A stretch of 64,000 bases of DNA, taken from the NCBI GenBank assembly GCA_038243585.1, contig JBBSQY010000010.1, positions 19,802 to 83,801 of the forward strand. Reading direction: 5' to 3'. This stretch comes from Candidatus Sumerlaeales bacterium (GTDB lineage Bacteria; Sumerlaeota; Sumerlaeia; Sumerlaeales; Sumerlaeaceae). A program made the position numbers and the translations under genes. Under the pieces are notes generated by a model. That model was given only the letters and a program-made list of their open reading frames with translations. It was not told where the DNA came from and did not search any database. Shown here in pieces: positions 63,372-64,000 of the stretch. Each line of letters opens with the position of its first letter. Position 1 is the stretch's first letter.

Positions 63372-64000
63372 ATGGCTGAGTATTCTTATAAAGCACTGGA
63401 TAAAGGCGGGCGCGAAGTCAAAGGCGTCATTGAGGCCAGCAGTGAAGACGTTATTATTGAACGTCTCCGGAACATGGGCTACTACCCTCTTGAAGTTTCC
63501 ATCGAAAAGGCAAAGGCTGGCAGCGTCGACGTGCTCGCGCTTCCCGGTATCCGCAGCGTTTTCCACCGCGTTAAGCATAAGCATATCATGGTGTTTACTC
63601 GACAGTTCGCCACACTAATCGATGCGGGCCTACCCATTATCCGCTCCCTTGCCATTTTAAGTGAGCAGGTTGAGTCTGTCATTTTTAAAGAAAAGATAAA
63701 ACAGATTTCCAAAGACATTGAAAGCGGCGGCACCTTGTCGGAAGCGCTTTCGAAGCACAAAAAGCTGTTTGACGACCTTTACGTAAACATGGTGCGGGCC
63801 GGCGAAATAGGCGGTGTGCTCGAGGCGGTTCTGAACAAAATCGCCGAATTCCTAGAAAAACGCCAGGCCATCATCGGTAAAGTGCGATCCGCCATGATGT
63901 ATCCTCTGGTGGTTATTATCCTGGCTGGATTTATCGTGGCCTTCATTCTTGTCTTCATTGTGCCCAAATTTAAAGACATTTACGATCAGCTGGGCACGGA
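63372..64000 (+). CDS. pilC: type II secretion F family / type IV pilus platform protein (3' truncated by window; absent from the ORF track)
   Basis: Translated by eye: MAEYSYKALDKGGREVKGVIEA, FTRQFATLIDAGLPI, LSEALSKH, YVNMVRAGEIGGVLE, SAMMYP. Confidence 0.9.
   Translation, partial: MAEYSYKALDKGGREVKGVIEASSEDVIIERLRNMGYYPLEVSIEKAKAGSVDVLALPGIRSVFHRVKHKHIMVFTRQFATLIDAGLPIIRSLAILSEQVESVIFKEKIKQISKDIESGGTLSEALSKHKKLFDDLYVNMVRAGEIGGVLEAVLNKIAEFLEKRQAIIGKVRSAMMYPLVVIILAGFIVAFILVFIVPKFKDIYDQLGT

Overview
Bacterial chromosome segment from a diderm, LPS-making organism (waaA, LptA/LptC-like genes). The pilin style and C-terminal W-x-L-Y tails suggest Candidatus Sumerlaeota/BRC1, which is an unverified inference. 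Housekeeping genes include ettA, dapB, eno, a stand-alone fusA, tRNA-Leu(GAG), a partial pilC and two sigma-54 two-component pairs. Glycan-use genes include GH78, a GH99/71-like gene, GH43, a GH88-like gene, a Tat-exported oxidoreductase/enolase-family/DUF6807 operon and an OYE/NRAMP-like/SDR cluster. An accessory-looking block holds an esterase, ackA, a phosphoketolase remnant, a cyclic beta-1,2-glucan synthase and a P-type ATPase. Best novelty candidates: (1) a cobalamin riboswitch over a two-gene unit encoding a secreted protein and a prepilin-like protein, with no BtuB/BtuCDF nearby; (2) a shared C-terminal S-x-V-x-x-W-x-L-Y tail on two unrelated secreted proteins; (3) a cloverleaf-like structure in the fusA leader. 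No CRISPR array, rRNA, integrase or transposase was seen. All calls come from motif recognition by eye, with no database searches.
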